From: Candidatus Nanoarchaeia archaeon
Lineage (GTDB): Archaea; Nanobdellota; Nanobdellia; Pacearchaeales; GW2011-AR1
Reading direction: 5' to 3'
Length of the DNA: 61,439 nucleotides
Assembly: GCA_035291345.1 (NCBI GenBank)
Contig: DATDSF010000020.1
Location: forward strand, 1-61,439
Shown: positions 61,233 to 61,439 of the stretch, one piece after another
How the letters are laid out: each line of letters starts with the position of its first letter
How positions within the stretch are numbered: the first letter of the stretch is position 1
Notes under the pieces: model-generated
Seen by the model: only the letters and a program-made list of their open reading frames with translations
Database searches by the model: none
What the model was told of the DNA's origin: nothing
Program-made: the position numbers and the translations under genes

Positions 61233-61439
61233 TTAACCAAATAGAGATGACAAACCTTCAGCTGCTGCTGAAGCCTTTTCTTCTTTCTTTTCTTCTTTCT
61301 TAGCCTCTGCTGCACCTGCATGTGAACCAGCTGCTGGAGCTGCTGCCATTAAACTAGCACTTTCTAGTTCTTTGTCAATGTCCACACCATTCAAACTTGC
61401 AACAAGAACTTTTATCTTGCCTTCATCAACTGAAGCACC
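61233..61439 (-). CDS. rpl12: Ribosomal stalk protein P1 (aP1/L12e), 3' part only; the gene continues beyond the window
   Basis: My translation is ...VLVASLNGVDIDKELESASLMAAAPAAG...EAKKEEKKEEKASAAAEGLSSLFG*. It shows the Ala-rich hinge, the acidic/Lys region and the conserved GL..LFG C-terminus. A T-rich tract follows the stop. Confidence 0.85.
   Translation of the reverse strand, partial: GASVDEGKIKVLVASLNGVDIDKELESASLMAAAPAAGSHAGAAEAKKEEKKEEKASAAAEGLSSLFG

Noticed and set aside
1-61439. CRISPR arrays, cas genes, restriction-modification, toxin-antitoxin or other defence systems, prophage or transposon content, and rRNA genes.
   Set aside because: I saw no regularly spaced repeats. No nuclease, helicase, ATPase or integrase-like ORFs were recognised. 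Every long ORF is accounted for by export, glycosylation, translation or transport functions, or is a compact orphan.

Overview
AT-rich (about 30% G+C by eye), very gene-dense archaeal DNA. The archaeal call rests on the archaea/eukaryote-type proteins L19e, L32e, S4e, aSUI1, stalk protein P1, prefoldin and AglB/STT3. The compact layout and missing housekeeping genes suggest a small-genome, DPANN-like archaeon, but that placement is inference only. Layout: (1) 51-2670, secF-secD. (2) About 2.7-39.5 kb, a ~37-kb glycosylation island of 36 ORFs. It holds GDP-sugar tailoring enzymes (Gmd, a DegT aminotransferase, a C-methyltransferase::Gmd-like fusion, Nudix), many GT2/GT4 and two GT9-like transferases, three GT-C enzymes, two MOP flippases, methyltransferases, a sulfotransferase and a deacetylase. 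It ends in a tightly packed minus-strand operon: small Zn-ribbon ORF, aglB, GlcNAc-1-P-transferase-like gene, flippase. (3) 39.6-41.4 kb, a SpoIIM/DUF95-like membrane protein and an eIF-2B-family ribose-1,5-bisphosphate isomerase. (4) 41.4-55.8 kb, all on the minus strand: prefoldin alpha, a DUF106/YidC-like insertase, secY and the colinear ribosomal-protein superoperon (L3 to L15). The operon carries two unexpected small ORFs, between L3/L4 and between L30/L15, and lacks the RNase P Rpp29 and adk genes usually found there. (5) 56-61.4 kb: an orphan 233-aa protein, an AI-2E transporter, AMP phosphorylase, a Kef-type antiporter with an RCK domain, tRNA-Ser(UGA) and the 3' part of the P1 stalk protein gene. 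I found no rRNA, CRISPR array, transposase, integrase or recognisable defence genes. The best candidates for new biology are the glycosylation island and its sub-modules, the paralogous DUF457/PHP-like/Dol-P-sugar-synthase triads at both island edges, and the small Zn-ribbon and orphan ORFs wedged into the aglB and ribosomal operons. All product calls come from motif recognition by eye; no database search was run.
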